A stretch of 64,000 nt of DNA from Perkinsus chesapeaki ATCC PRA-425 (taxonomy: Eukaryota; Protista; Perkinsozoa): assembly GCA_013115145.1 (NCBI GenBank), contig JAAPAO010000021.1, positions 62,001 to 126,000 on the forward strand. The letters are read 5' to 3'. Positions 1 through 11,902 of the stretch are shown one piece after another. The first letter of the stretch is position 1. Every line of letters begins with the position of its first letter. The position numbers and the translations under genes were made by a program. Below the pieces are notes generated by a model. The model worked only from the letters and a program-made list of their open reading frames with translations. It did no database searches and was not told the DNA's origin.

Positions 1-1372
1 TCAGTTAGTCTAACTGGAAACAGCAGCAGCACTCCTCTCGACCATTCTTCCCCAGCAGCAGTGGCGCCGATATCCCCGCTCGGGCAGGGTGGGGTCATAG
101 ACGCCGATGGACAGTCGTGCCAGGCAGCCTCATCATCATCACCAGATGAGCTGTCTGCAACTGCCTCGGAGTCCATGGCGGCATCCCCGGAAAAACCAAC
201 CATGACGAAGTGACTTGGACTAGTGATATCTTCGCTGTCCGTCATGGACTTCATGGCCTTCGCCGTCTCACTGGGGGATAGAACTGCCCACTCGTGGCCC
301 CTCGAGCCCAGACTCCAGGATCGCTTCCGGTGATCTATCGATGACCCAGAGGAGGAGGATGCCGGAGATGTGCCACCGGCGCGAGGGGAGCCTTCGACAG
401 CCACCAGCTCCATGGTAACCTGGCCAAAGCCTCTACTTGATGGCGGTTGACCAGCCGACGTAGCTCTGACGTCCTCAGGTCTGAGCAGGCCGTCATGGTC
501 CACATAGACGGCAAGACCGAGGTGCTGCATAGCGGGCGCTGACGTGAGCTGCTGGAGGGCATCACATACTCTGGCAGGGCCGAACCATTGCCCGGGTTGG
601 CTACATGACATGAAGGCATGGATGGAACAGGGCCTGTCCAGCCGATCTTCAAAAAGTCTGACAGGGAGAGTTCCACGCTGCCGATGAAACCGCCGCCCAG
701 CAGACTTGCCTTAATAACTCTCTCTCGGGGGGCACAGTGGTGGAATGTTGTGAAGGTGGTGGATGGTGGTCGAAGAACTCTGTATAAGGCATAACCTCCG
801 AATGTTGTCGGGTAGCAGCACCACCTAAGACATGACCACCTCACAACAGGCCTACTGGCGAGGGGCGGCGGTACTTGGATCGAGGCCATGATGCCTCTTA
901 AGTGCGGCTAATAGCAGCATCTGTGCCGACCGTATAGTACACCCCCAGCCCGTATCACAGTGGAACTCGAGACGCTTCTGTTGATTGTATAGAGGTGTCT
1001 CGAAATTCTTTCGATACGTCATCCGACGTATCCCTCGCCAAACGCTGTAGAAGTCCGCAGTTGATCTCGACTGGCGGCCCAATAGCCATGCCCGATGGTC
1101 TGACCAACACACATGCCCATATTCGTGGAAGCTGCTGCCTCACCAGGATCACGGACGACAACGGGTTCGGTGCCATAGGCGTTGGCGAAATGTTCCTGAA
1201 TGTTATGTCCCCATCCTTTCACGGTGGCCTTTGTGTCGCTAACTATCTGTTCCATGGTCACCGTGGCCGCACCGCTGGCTGAGGACACGAATCCTAGACC
1301 TGCTGGTAGATTCGGAGATGATGAAGAGGAGGAGGAGGAGGACGTAAAAGAGCCGACAAGCCCACGCATCAT
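1..1372 (-). CDS. ATG4: ATG4 cysteine protease (peptidase C54), spliced, 3' end beyond left edge
   Basis: Splicing ORFs 1019-1384 and 852-1112 gives VVRDP/DHRAWLLGRQ...RMTYRKNF...CDTGWGCTIRSAQMLLLAAL (catalytic Cys motif). Bases 1-50 read EEWSRGVLLLFPVRL, a conserved ATG4 segment, so the gene continues past position 1. Confidence 0.92.
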
Positions 1373-1447
1373 GGAGCCAATCAACTACTGAATCCACCCT
1401 GGTCAAATACAACAACCTCCTTTCCTCAAGCACAAGAAAATGCATTG

Positions 1448-2236
1448 TCAATGCCGCCGTGGCCAGGCCAGTCTGGTAGACAGAGACCCCTCTATAAGGC
1501 GCTCGAGTGACTCCTCGCTGGTCAGATCCCGGCCACGGCCTTCAGCCTGGTCTCGCCGGTCACGTGCCATCATGATGTTGGACAGTCGTTCCTGTTCAAC
1601 TGCAACGTAGTTAACTTTACGTTCCAAAAACCTGCGTATTACTGAGCGTGTCAGCCCCATCCGATGGCCCTAGTACTCTATATGGTTCTCAAGGCACTGT
1701 AAGCGCCTCTCCCTCTCGGCAATGTCCCTGAGCCTCTGGGCCTCCCACTCCTCCCGCTTGATCCTTTTATGCAGCTCATGTTCTCGGTCCTTTTTACTGA
1801 ACAATCTCGCTGGCCACAGCCGTCCACCGAAGACTTACGCTGCCCTCTGGTATTCACTAATGATGATGAGGGTGGTTACACCGAAGACGAAGGACTCGCC
1901 TATGAAGGTGGCCCCCCAGTCCAAGGCCGCATCGTCCTTCAAGGCCGGTATGGCCCTTCTGGTCTTGTTGTCATCTGCTATCTGAAACGATTGGGTTCTT
2001 ATTGAGGCCAGTTAGGCCTTTGGTTACCCGCGTGATTTGCCGGCTGACCACATTAAGGGCCTGGCCCAAGGCGACGGTCTTGCCTCGCCAGAAGTCATCG
2101 GTGCGTGCTAGAGACTGGATGCGACTCGAGACCGGTTTGGCCAGGGTCTTCAGCAGAGCGGCTGATAGAAAGCTTAACCAGGGCCGTTGCGTGAGGCTTT
2201 ACCTCCGACCTTTGCTGCGGGGAAGATGGGTGACAT
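1448..2236 (-). CDS. OPA3: OPA3-like mitochondrial protein, spliced
   Basis: Exons read MSPIFPAAKVG / LLKTLAKPVSSRIQSLAR / AALDWGATFIGESFVFGVTTLIIISEYQRAA, followed by a coiled coil. These match the OPA3 family hallmarks. Confidence 0.85.
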
Positions 2237-2379
2237 CTCAATTCGATCTCGGAGCCGCAATGGAATTGCGCCGCAGTAGCCGTTAAGGAAGTGTAAGTGA
2301 GCAAGATGAGCAAGACATCTGTGCATCTGGTCGAACGCTTCTTTGCTGCTTTCGACCGTTATGTTATAACCATGGGTCG

Positions 2380-4690
2380 ATGGAAGATCTATCTTGTCTC
2401 CACCGGTCTTGCCGTATTGCTCTAGCCCATAGGGAGGCTCAGCTGCTGAGGAAGTTGGAGGCCACGAGCTCCCAGAGACAGCGGGTTCTTATGCGGGCCA
2501 TGACGGATCTGGCTCGACAGTGCCGCCAACGGACCCTTGCTCTGGCCATTGAGCGGTGGCACTTCGCCGTTGTCCAAGAGAAGCAGAGAAGGGTCACTAC
2601 GGTCCGCTCAGCTTTGTGTGGGTGGTATAGGCTGGTCCTTACTGGTAGGAAGCAGGCCCGTGGCCGGGACGCTGGGGTTCTATTGGGCCTGTTGGCCCGG
2701 TTGCTACGTCATCGGTTGCAAGGAGTGCTGTACATCTGGAGCCAGGCGGCCACTTTAAGATGCATTGCTGTCCAGACTAACTGCCTACTGCAGCGGCAGG
2801 CCAGCAGCCAAACTCCAGCGGCTGTAATGGTATCGGTGGCCATGCAGACCTTATCGCTGTTCCGGGGCGAGGTGGGGTGTCAGACCCCTAGGGTCACGGT
2901 GGTGCATCGAGAGGCTCAGACGAGGCCGCATCTACGGCCAAGTAGGATGACACAGACCAGGCTGGTGTCTAGAGTCGCCGGCACGCAGACTGGTGTGAGG
3001 CGACTGGTGTCCGCTGGGACCAATACAGATGGACGAATGGTGACCACTGATGAGGCGGCGATCCAGACTATTAGGGTGGCTAGTAGGGAAGGAGGCACAC
3101 AGGTGGAGCTGGAGCTCATTGATGGGCACACTCAGACGGCTGCCAGCAGTGTGTTGTCTTTGGCAGTGCAGACAGAGGGAGCAGGGCAGGAATGGGCAGG
3201 GACTGATGCTGAGACTCAGACGGGGAACGATACTGCATTGGCCGCCAGGGGTATGCAGACTATGGCTGAGCAGGCTCACATTGGGGCAGGGGGTGATGGC
3301 CCGAATCTTGTGGATGCGATAACGAGTCCGGTAGGGACCTCAGAAATGGTACCAGTTGGAGTGGACAAAGGAGTTCAGACAGATCTATTAAGGGACGATA
3401 TGGCTGCTGTTTCAAAGGTTTCAGCTCAGAATAGAGAAGTCGAGACGGTTAGCATTGGGTCAATTGATTGGGGTGATGTCCCATCGTCGGCAACTAGGGC
3501 ATCATCGATTGGGCTGAGCTCCGAAGTAGAGCGTGTGCCGCCAGTCCCACACGGACCTGATGTGGAGCCATCCGTGGCTAGCGTCAATGGGGAGCCGGCA
3601 AGAACGGCAAGTGTTGTCTCGCTTCCAGCAAGATATCGTGGCTTAGCCCAGAGTGATGGAGCGGCTTCATCTACACCACCTCACACAGTGGCAATGCAAA
3701 CCAGTCCTTGGGCTGCAGAGGTAGCAGAGGCAAGATCTAGGGAGACTCAGACCGCTGCTGTGGGATCCGGCAGTGATGTTGGAACTCAAACGGAGGAGGT
3801 GCCCTTCAGCGACCGGCTGGCCATGGGCCTCCGGTTCGTTGGCAGCCCGTTGATGAGCAGGATGAGGTATGGCTTGAAGATGCTGGTGGCACATAGATTA
3901 GTGTGGGATAATAAGGAGCTGGCCAATCTGGTAGTGAGCTTGCAGAGAAGGCTGGATACCTCGGGGGAGGCCCTGAGAGACCGAGATGCGGAGATATCTC
4001 GACTGAGGCTGGGAATGGCAGCTAATGCCGAGACGGAGGAGCATACAGGTGCTGAGATGTGCGAGTTGAGGAACAAGTGCGCAGAGCTGGAGAGGAGATG
4101 CACGGGTATGGCGATTCTTGAAACCCAGTACAGGGAGCTGGAGGGCCGTTGTGAAGCTCTGTTTGAGGACAATGTGAAGCTGGCGGGCAGTTTAGAGAAG
4201 GCATTGGAGCGAGTAAAGCAGGCAGAGACGGCTGAGAAAAGGGTGGAGGAACTGCAGATAATGCTGGCTTATAAGGTACTAGCGGAGAGGCTACTAGGGC
4301 TAAGTGTTGTTAGTATAGTACGATCCTCCATTTTTGGAGGCTTAGCGGGAAATACGGTATCAGTTTCGGCTACCAAGGTCTCTGACTTTTGGTCAACATC
4401 CTTATTTTATTGCAGCGCGACAAGGCTAAAGAGGAGACCCTAAGTCCTACAAATGAGGGCTCTCTGGATGATAGTACCGCGGAGGGCATCCAGGAGCAGT
4501 TGGATGCCTATATGGAACTCCTTGTGGACCTTACCAACAAGTTAGATAAGTAAACCGTAGTGGTCTTGATGGGCAGTGATGGCATCTCATTAGGAGCGAG
4601 GAAGAGAGGAAGGCCAAGGAGGAAGCGTTGGATGAGCTGAAGGGCCGATATGAGCTGTTGCTAGCTGGCCGAAGCTCTACTGGAGGCTGA
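2380..4690 (+). CDS. Large scaffold: Sfi1-like W repeats, QT-motif array, C-terminal coiled coil
   Basis: 687-aa ORF plus two further exons (AAG|gtactagc..ttgcag|CGC; AA|gtaaacc..cattag|G) ending TGA at 4688-4690. Confidence 0.8.
2790..3795 (+). repeat. Protein-level array of about 16 xQT motifs, about 12-aa period in the core
   Basis: VQT, SQT, MQT, CQT, AQT, TQT, TQT, (TNT), IQT, (TQV), TQT, VQT, TQT, MQT, VQT, MQT, TQT, TQT in ORF 2380-4443. Confidence 0.85.
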
Positions 4691-4849
4691 GGGATGTTGA
4701 TGAATACCACTGTATTATTGAACTATCTGCCGAACTAGTACTGCCAAGTTTATGCATGTTCAGACAATATTTAGTAACATGTTTCCATTGCATTCCCACA
4801 CTTGGGCTGCGTTGCCGGCCCCGTCCTCACTGTTGTTAGGCAATCCTAT

Positions 4850-6141
4850 GCTACGCCATTTGCTGGGTTGCCGTCGGATGGCACCGGCCCTCGAGGGTCG
4901 AATAAAGAGGAAGTCTTGGCAGGACATCAAGTCCAGCTACATTACTGAGATGCTGCCAGGGTCGACGGTGGGATGGAGGCTGTAAAGGAGGAACCACTTT
5001 GGTCTGGTCAGTTGGCGGCTCAAGGGCTTGAATCAGCATTAGAACAGATGGAGGGGGAGGCTACGGAAATGGCACAGCTCCTGTCTGAGTAGGCGGGATC
5101 CTGGATATAGAGGGATGGGTTATTATCAGAGACAGCGGGAACGTGGGTAGGCTGCGGCGGCGGCGGCAGCTGCCGTCGGGTAATAATGATGGGAATAGAG
5201 AGGGTGTCCGGTGGGGCACTGCTGAGGCGAAGTAGGTTACTGTAGTTCCGGGAGGGGAATACAGAGCCCTCAGGATGATAGCGGATGCGCGAAAGGCGGA
5301 GAGGGAGTTCTTAGCGAGGCACCCTCATCTGGCAGAGTAGCTTGGAGATGGGTTAGTGATTGGTAGTACCTTGCTCAGCGACAATGAGGAGATTGGGGAT
5401 TGGCAAGCTGTGTCGCTGTCGGAGCCGTCCATGGCTACCATACCGGCTGTCACTGATAGAGAGGCTTTGGCACATAGGCTGCCAGTAGGTGACGGAGGAC
5501 CATGCTTGATGGCAGTGGAGGTGCTGTAGGGAACTTTGGCGGAGATGCCTGTGGCGAGTGACGAAGTGATGAATCCTGTAACTCGGCAAAGAGCTCGGCG
5601 ACGAGTTAGGACGCAAGCGCTAGTACAGGTGGTGCCCTCTGCAGTCGAGGGTCGAGTTATTGCTGTGTCCCCCCTCAGCGATATGTAGCACAATTCTTAC
5701 TGTGTGGATCCAGGGAGGGACGCAAGGCCCTTTTGGATGGCATTGAAGTGCAGATAGAAGGAGTGGACTCGGAGAGCTCACGATCGTAAGGCAGCTGCCC
5801 ATGGTTCGTCAGGCTACACTGTAGGCCCCACACGGTGTATTATTCCCTACGGTCATGGCAAGGAGAGGATATCGAGGCCGTTCAGAGGAGGATGGACAAC
5901 TTGGCCCCTATACTGCAGCGCCAGATAGCTGATAAGCTTGGCATCGGCCTCTGCCCATCACTGGTGTAAACGGCATCTTGTGGGGGACTGTGCAGGATAG
6001 GTGTATCAGGTTCGTCCCTGTCGGGCATACTGAAGAGGAGCGGAGAATGCTACGGCGAAGCCGAGGGAAGGCTAGGGATATGGCGATAGATTTGCAGAAA
6101 AACTTTACTCGAGAGATGAACTGGCGACGCATTCGAACCAA
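4850..6141 (-). CDS. Probable spliced hypothetical gene, structure unresolved
   Basis: Several short open stretches with plausible donors (TCA|gtatgc, ACA|gtaaga), e.g. LVAELFAELQDSSLRHSPQ. No family recognised. Confidence 0.3.
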
Positions 6142-6421
6142 TTGACTATGTCGTTTCCGACTTAATGCGTTTCATGTGAATGCCTTGTCATCTTTCGTTG
6201 TTAATACACCCTCGGTTGTTATACTGGCAATTTACTAACTCACACCATCCACGGAATGACCTTTTTTTAGTTCGCCACTTGGGAAAAATTGGGAGTCTTG
6301 GCGCAATCCACGGCTCAATAGCATGGATATTCCACTCGGTCATTTTTGGCGACTACATCTCACATTTGTCATACGTGAACACAACGATGTCCCCTTTCAG
6401 CATGCATGCTTTATACATGAC

Positions 6422-8026
6422 ATGAAGATGCTAAATAAATCCCTACTGTGCTTGCTGCCTTCGGTAGTCCTCTTCGCCGTGGCCCACGAGCACACACTGT
6501 GCAATTCCAGCGATCCTGCAATTTTGGCTCTCCAAAATCTGGAGGTCTTGGTCTCACCTATGGCCGACCTGTGGCACTCGGTCAAGCCTTTCTCAGTAGA
6601 TCTGGCAGCCTATCATGACTGTCCAGTTGCTCCCTTTATCATTGAGATGATAGCCTTGCTGGCCCAGCTCTACAATAAGGGTGATCACATACCAGCCATC
6701 CGTCAGCTCGCGGTGGCCTACCCCCGCTCGGTTGCGTTCATGGTCGCCTATCCTCCCTCGGTGGTCTGGCAAGATCAGGCGTGGCGTAAGGTTGTCGTCG
6801 AGCTCTGGGCTGCTGTATCGGCCCGGTTACGCCCACACTTGGGCACCAGGCAGGATGTGGTATTTGAATGTGCTGTAGTTCATCGGCACCGCGCCACTGC
6901 CACTGCGGTTGCTGACCATCACACTGGCGAGCTGCGCTTTCCGGTGCCGAAGCAGCTCGGCAGTTCACTCATCCCTCTTGGATATACATTCCGTGATTTG
7001 ACAATAAGCTCGCGGCACTGCCCTCCCGAGACGGCCACAGCCATAGTGTCTGCTGCTCGAGGATGGCTACAGCTAGGTGGCCCCGGCGTAGGTGTGGCTA
7101 AGTTCCTCGAAGTTGCCGAGGGATGGCTGGCTAGGGAGAATCCCTTCCGCCTGCTCAGCATGAGCAGCCCCTACTTTGAGTTCGTCCATGCAGCCCTCGT
7201 TGCCGATCACCCTCAAGCTTCCCCTCTAGCAAGAATGTTGCAGCCGCGCCCTGGTACAGCAAAGCGGGGCCATGGTGCTGGTCAGAAGGTCATGGGCTTT
7301 GAATGCGGTGGAGTTGCAGAATCTCGCCGTATTCAAATTGAGTTCCTCGAGGCGATGGTGAGGAACGTCCCTCCGACTTGGTCTCAGACCGGTCGCGGCT
7401 GCGAGGTTGCCTCAGTGATTTCGAAATTGGCTAGCCTGCCGCCACAGGAGGTGCCACAGGTCGACAGGACCCACCTTTCTTCGTGGTATTTCCTGCAGAG
7501 TGTGAACTCGCAATGGTGGCGACCTTTGAAATCTGGCTGGGGTCTGCTGCTGTCTCATACCTTTGCCCAGCTCCACGGGGAATCCCTTCGGTTGGGTTTC
7601 AAGCCTCGACGATTACCGAAGCACTGCAAAGGAAGTCCGGCGATCAACAGGCTGCAGCAGTTATCCGCCGCTTCATTGGCCGGCGATCTGCTTGAAGATT
7701 ACAATAGCTTGCCCGAGGCGATGAGTTTAGTGGCGAGCATTCATCCTGATTGCAGTGTGGCCATTGCGACCGCTCTCCAGCTTGCACTTAACTGTTACGT
7801 TCATCGACTGTTGGAGTATGGCCGTCCGCTGAAGGCTGCAAATGCCACACATCCGCTGGCCGCCGAGGTTCTCACTGAGGACGCCAGTGGCGTTGTTGAA
7901 GTTATCTGGCAGACCATTGCCGGAGAGAAGCTCGCCGACATTCTGTCCAATGAACTGCCTTTGTTCGAGCTTATGCGGCTACAATGGAAGATGCTCTTCA
8001 GTAGACCGCTTCCTACTATAGAGTAG
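6422..8026 (+). CDS. Secreted hypothetical protein (about 534 aa), intronless
   Basis: Long uninterrupted ORF. ATG at 6422 opens a signal-peptide-like MKMLNKSLLCLLPSVVLFAVA. Confidence 0.7.
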   Translation: MKMLNKSLLCLLPSVVLFAVAHEHTLCNSSDPAILALQNLEVLVSPMADLWHSVKPFSVDLAAYHDCPVAPFIIEMIALLAQLYNKGDHIPAIRQLAVAYPRSVAFMVAYPPSVVWQDQAWRKVVVELWAAVSARLRPHLGTRQDVVFECAVVHRHRATATAVADHHTGELRFPVPKQLGSSLIPLGYTFRDLTISSRHCPPETATAIVSAARGWLQLGGPGVGVAKFLEVAEGWLARENPFRLLSMSSPYFEFVHAALVADHPQASPLARMLQPRPGTAKRGHGAGQKVMGFECGGVAESRRIQIEFLEAMVRNVPPTWSQTGRGCEVASVISKLASLPPQEVPQVDRTHLSSWYFLQSVNSQWWRPLKSGWGLLLSHTFAQLHGESLRLGFKPRRLPKHCKGSPAINRLQQLSAASLAGDLLEDYNSLPEAMSLVASIHPDCSVAIATALQLALNCYVHRLLEYGRPLKAANATHPLAAEVLTEDASGVVEVIWQTIAGEKLADILSNELPLFELMRLQWKMLFSRPLPTIE

Positions 8027-8106
8027 AGGCATGTATAATTAGAGTCTGTTGTGTGAATTCCTTGTTGTGTTGTAGTTAAGTGAGCTCACAGCTATAATAT
8101 CAGTCT

Positions 8107-10720
8107 ATGACTGCGCTCTTCGAGGAGCCCACAGTCCTAAAGCCCACATGCGATATCTCACGGTCAGAAGCAGCGACCTCTTGGCCCCCTAGCCCGGCTT
8201 CTGGCCATGACTGGCTCTCTGTCACTGAGGACAATCCTCTGGCCCCCGCAAGCTGGGACGCTCTGCATGGTCGAATCCAACGTCAACGAGGGGTCGTAAG
8301 AGGCCTCCCTGTCCAAGCTCTTGGGGGAGATGAGATTGATCGAATAACGAAGTCTGCCAAGTTTGCTGTACAAGGCGTGGTCTCGGACCTGTTTCCGCGT
8401 CGCAGTGCTGAGGACAAAAGTCTCACGTGCCGCTGTGGTCTACACGAGTGTTGTCTGTGTTGGGCGCCGAAAGCGGGTAACCTTGTTAAAGGCTTGAACA
8501 GTCTAAGACTACCGATGGAGGTCCGAGAAGAGCTGGATGCTCTGGTGGCCGAGGAGTTGTTGAAGTTTGACGGCGAATCTTTCGCAGGAGTTGTCAGCCT
8601 CACGAAAAGGGGACAACAATTGTGTCGGACTTTCCAACTTCTATATGATATCTTCAACACTGCTGATGAGGAAGCGTCCGCCGATGCAGCTCGGCTGAGG
8701 CGTCTCTTGCACACTCTTGCGCAACATGAGCATGGCAGAGGCGCTGTGCTGCGTGATCGGCTGCTGACGTTTGTGGATGCATATTGCCGTGAGCCTCGTA
8801 GAAGGTGGCAAGATGCAGTGAGAGAGCGTACGGTCGACCTTGGAAATGGAGAGTGGATTTTCATGCCACAGAGTTACTGTGACCAGAGTTATTCGATTAG
8901 ATGTCTTCTGCAAGGTGCTCATCAACTTCAATTAGGTCCCTCGGACCCGCTGTATGAATATGTATGCAGAGCCTCAGAGCCCATCGGTCGGCTACTGTCT
9001 CGTGTCGAGCGAGCCTTAGACCATCCATCAAGCGTCAGTCAGGTAAGGGCAAGTGATCGACGCGGTATGCCTCACCGTTGTGGGTCTGGCCCTCTGGGTC
9101 AGGTATCACAGCAACGCCCTTCTGCGGCATCATCGATTGCCATCAGCTCCAGCCAGCTGCCTAACATAGCGTACACATCCGAGTATACTAGTCACTATGA
9201 GAGGCATTGTGAAGAGGAGAAGGCCGCCATCGCTCAGCTGCTGTAATTTATCTACCGCTCTTTGCCTTGCAAGAGTTTATCTGGCTCAGATTGAAAAAAG
9301 AAAAACAAGAGAAGTTCCAACGAGACTTGCAAGCCCAGGTCGCAGAGAAACGCGAGGCCGTCAGGAGGGCTGTCGCAGAGGAGCAGATGGCAGATCAAGG
9401 AGAACTACTCAGACGCACACAGGTCGGCGGGCGCGAGCCACTTCCGTCACATACATTTTCTTGTCAAGACCCGCAGCGAAGTCATCAGTGAGGAGAAGAA
9501 GCGACTTCTGGACATCGCCTTACAAAGTGAAAGAGCAGGGAGAGCCATTGAAGAGATGCACCAGTGGAGGCTTCAACGGTCGAGATTCGATCGAAGTCTG
9601 TATTTTTCTATATTCATCGATCTGCAGGATGTGCAACCCCAAGAGCTTGTACAAGGCACTCTACCACGACGACATGGAGGTCCAAATTGAACAGCTCAAT
9701 CGTCGAGCCCATCGCCAATTCGTCCAAGTACCATTGGCACATCGAACTGGGGAGGTTTCCTACACCTTTTGTAAGGTTGGCTTTGGTGCCCCTGTTGATC
9801 CACTTGTTGCCCGAGCGAAGATCGTGCAACGAGAATTTTTCTTCCCACCGGAGTTGCGGAAGAATCTTAAAGGGAAGCAAGGTCGGGTGTGCTGAGCAGC
9901 AGTTACTCTGGTTTAAACGACACAGTGTTCTCAGATGCTGAGGATACGACCGTTGAAAGGGATCGATCCAAAGCATTCATAAGAGTTTGGGGACCGGGGG
10001 GCAATCGCAAGCCTCTGCCAGACCATTCAGACGGAGAAGTGGCCGCTGTTGTACTTGGCACTATTTACGCTTCACTCGAGACGCCAGAAGCAGCCAATGA
10101 TGGGGAGGACATTGCCAAGGTCCACAAGGCTGGGGATGGCGTGAAGGCTGCAATGGATTACTCGTGGCTCACGGCTGAGCCCGACGAGAATCGATCGCCG
10201 GCCGTTTACGCTGATTTGCCATCGAAGCCACTGGATAAGCAGAAAGTGATGAGACGGAGTAAAAAGGTTGTGAAGGAGCTTATAGCGGGAATGTATCCAG
10301 TGGAGCTGAACACCGGCTGCTGCTCTAGCCCACAGAAAGAGAAGCCATCAGAAGAGGTAATTCAAGATACCCAGTATACGCTGTCATAGAACTGTCTCCG
10401 CAGAGTCATGATCGGCGGAGCTACTTCGTTGATCACTGGCCAGACAGAGGGAGCGACGCCCCGCCAGAAGAATCCACGAGTGGGGCTAAGCTCAGCGATG
10501 CCGCTAGCATTGGAACGATGAGTAGGCATACTACTAGGGGACAGGTAAATGAAGTGCGTAGCATACACACTGATGGTGTTTGGTTACAGCAGAGGCTTAC
10601 CAAGCAAGAGGAAGAACGACGGAAGATATTGAAAAGATTCGATGAGGTTAATTCAAGATAACATGTTTCACAATCTACGAGTGTTGTGTCACGAGTTACC
10701 CACTCCGAACTCAGAAAGGT
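8107..10720 (+). CDS. Multi-exon hypothetical protein with coiled-coil segments (possibly two genes)
   Basis: 379-aa ORF, then exons LKKEKQEKFQRDLQAQVAEKREAVRR, MCNPKSLYKALYHDD and YSGLNDTVFSDAED joined by plausible GT-AG introns. Confidence 0.5.
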
Positions 10721-10735
10721 GTTCAAATGGAAAAC

Positions 10736-11902
10736 TTAGACTTGACTGGTGCCACCATTGTCCCCCTCAATGGTAGAGTAAGAAATAGTGGGGGAATGGC
10801 GCCTTGCATACCACTTATGGATCACAACACCTAATCCCATACCCAGCATAAATATTGTAAGAATAATAACAATAGAGACCTCTGGCAAAGCTCCGAGGCC
10901 TTTTTGCTGTCCTGTAGCGGTGTCAGCCACCTGCGTGTAGACAGCCAACTGTGGATCTTTATGAGTGATAGAAGATACGTCAGAACCAAGGACAAGAGTG
11001 CGACTGCTGAACTTATAGTTGGCAGGAATCGATGCCATGTTCATGAAATCCGTGTTACGATATAGCAAGTCCAGCACCTTCTTGGGCTTATTGGGGACCT
11101 TAATATCGGCGGAAAGAGTGAATGCCGTCTGAGTTGACTTCTGCGCAGGCAAGAAGTCGTCGAGAGCATTGCAAATGGTGCCTTTTCGACATACCCTCGG
11201 TTTGGCGATACTGTCTTCACACTTACACTCGAATTCAGTGCCTTTATACTCAGGCTCATCCGGGTGCATAATCCATATATCAGTATGACAGGTCTTCCCA
11301 TTTGGATGAGGTCCTCGCACCATAAGCTCATTAGTGTTACACGCATCAAAAGAATCTTCAGGAAGTGAGCTACCGACACCTTGCAATCGAGCTCCTACGT
11401 AGAAATCGCCCCCGAGAGTCTCTCGTAGCAAACCAATCATGTTCTTGTGCTTGCCGGCGCCTTTGGCCTCGAACGCAGCATTGCATTTGTCTTGGTGCAT
11501 ACCGAGATCTCCATCAACATCCCATGGGATAACGCCTTGATGATGTCTATACCAACCAAGTAGAGAACCCGACATTAAATACGCATCAACGCCAAGCTTC
11601 TCGAGGGCGGCAATAGTTTGGCCTTCTATCCACACTATACAGTCCAACACATCTTTCTGGTTGTCTTCTGCCAAGAACTCATCGTAATCTTCGCACTGTG
11701 ATACATTAAGAAAGGCGTCTTTGCCATTCTTCCAGTCAGACATAGCACCCTCAGGGATGACCTCGGGAGGACAAACGAAGATATCATCGTTGCTGACGTC
11801 GGTGTAGTACTTCTCGGGTAGAACCTTTACTACGTCGGCCGCACTGACCAGGGACAAAAAAATTGAGAAGAGAAGAGTAACCCCTACTGTGGACGACAAC
11901 AT
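10736..11902 (-). CDS. LicD/fukutin-family nucleotidyltransferase-fold protein, signal peptide + C-terminal TM, intronless
   Basis: YLMSGSLLGWYRHHQGVIPWDVDGDLGM matches the LicD GSLLG-x-R...IPWD-x-D-x-D motif. N-term MLSSTVGVTLLFSIFLSLVSA; C-term TM VSIVIILTIFMLGMGLGVVI. Confidence 0.9.
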   Translation of the reverse strand: MLSSTVGVTLLFSIFLSLVSAADVVKVLPEKYYTDVSNDDIFVCPPEVIPEGAMSDWKNGKDAFLNVSQCEDYDEFLAEDNQKDVLDCIVWIEGQTIAALEKLGVDAYLMSGSLLGWYRHHQGVIPWDVDGDLGMHQDKCNAAFEAKGAGKHKNMIGLLRETLGGDFYVGARLQGVGSSLPEDSFDACNTNELMVRGPHPNGKTCHTDIWIMHPDEPEYKGTEFECKCEDSIAKPRVCRKGTICNALDDFLPAQKSTQTAFTLSADIKVPNKPKKVLDLLYRNTDFMNMASIPANYKFSSRTLVLGSDVSSITHKDPQLAVYTQVADTATGQQKGLGALPEVSIVIILTIFMLGMGLGVVIHKWYARRHSPTISYSTIEGDNGGTSQV

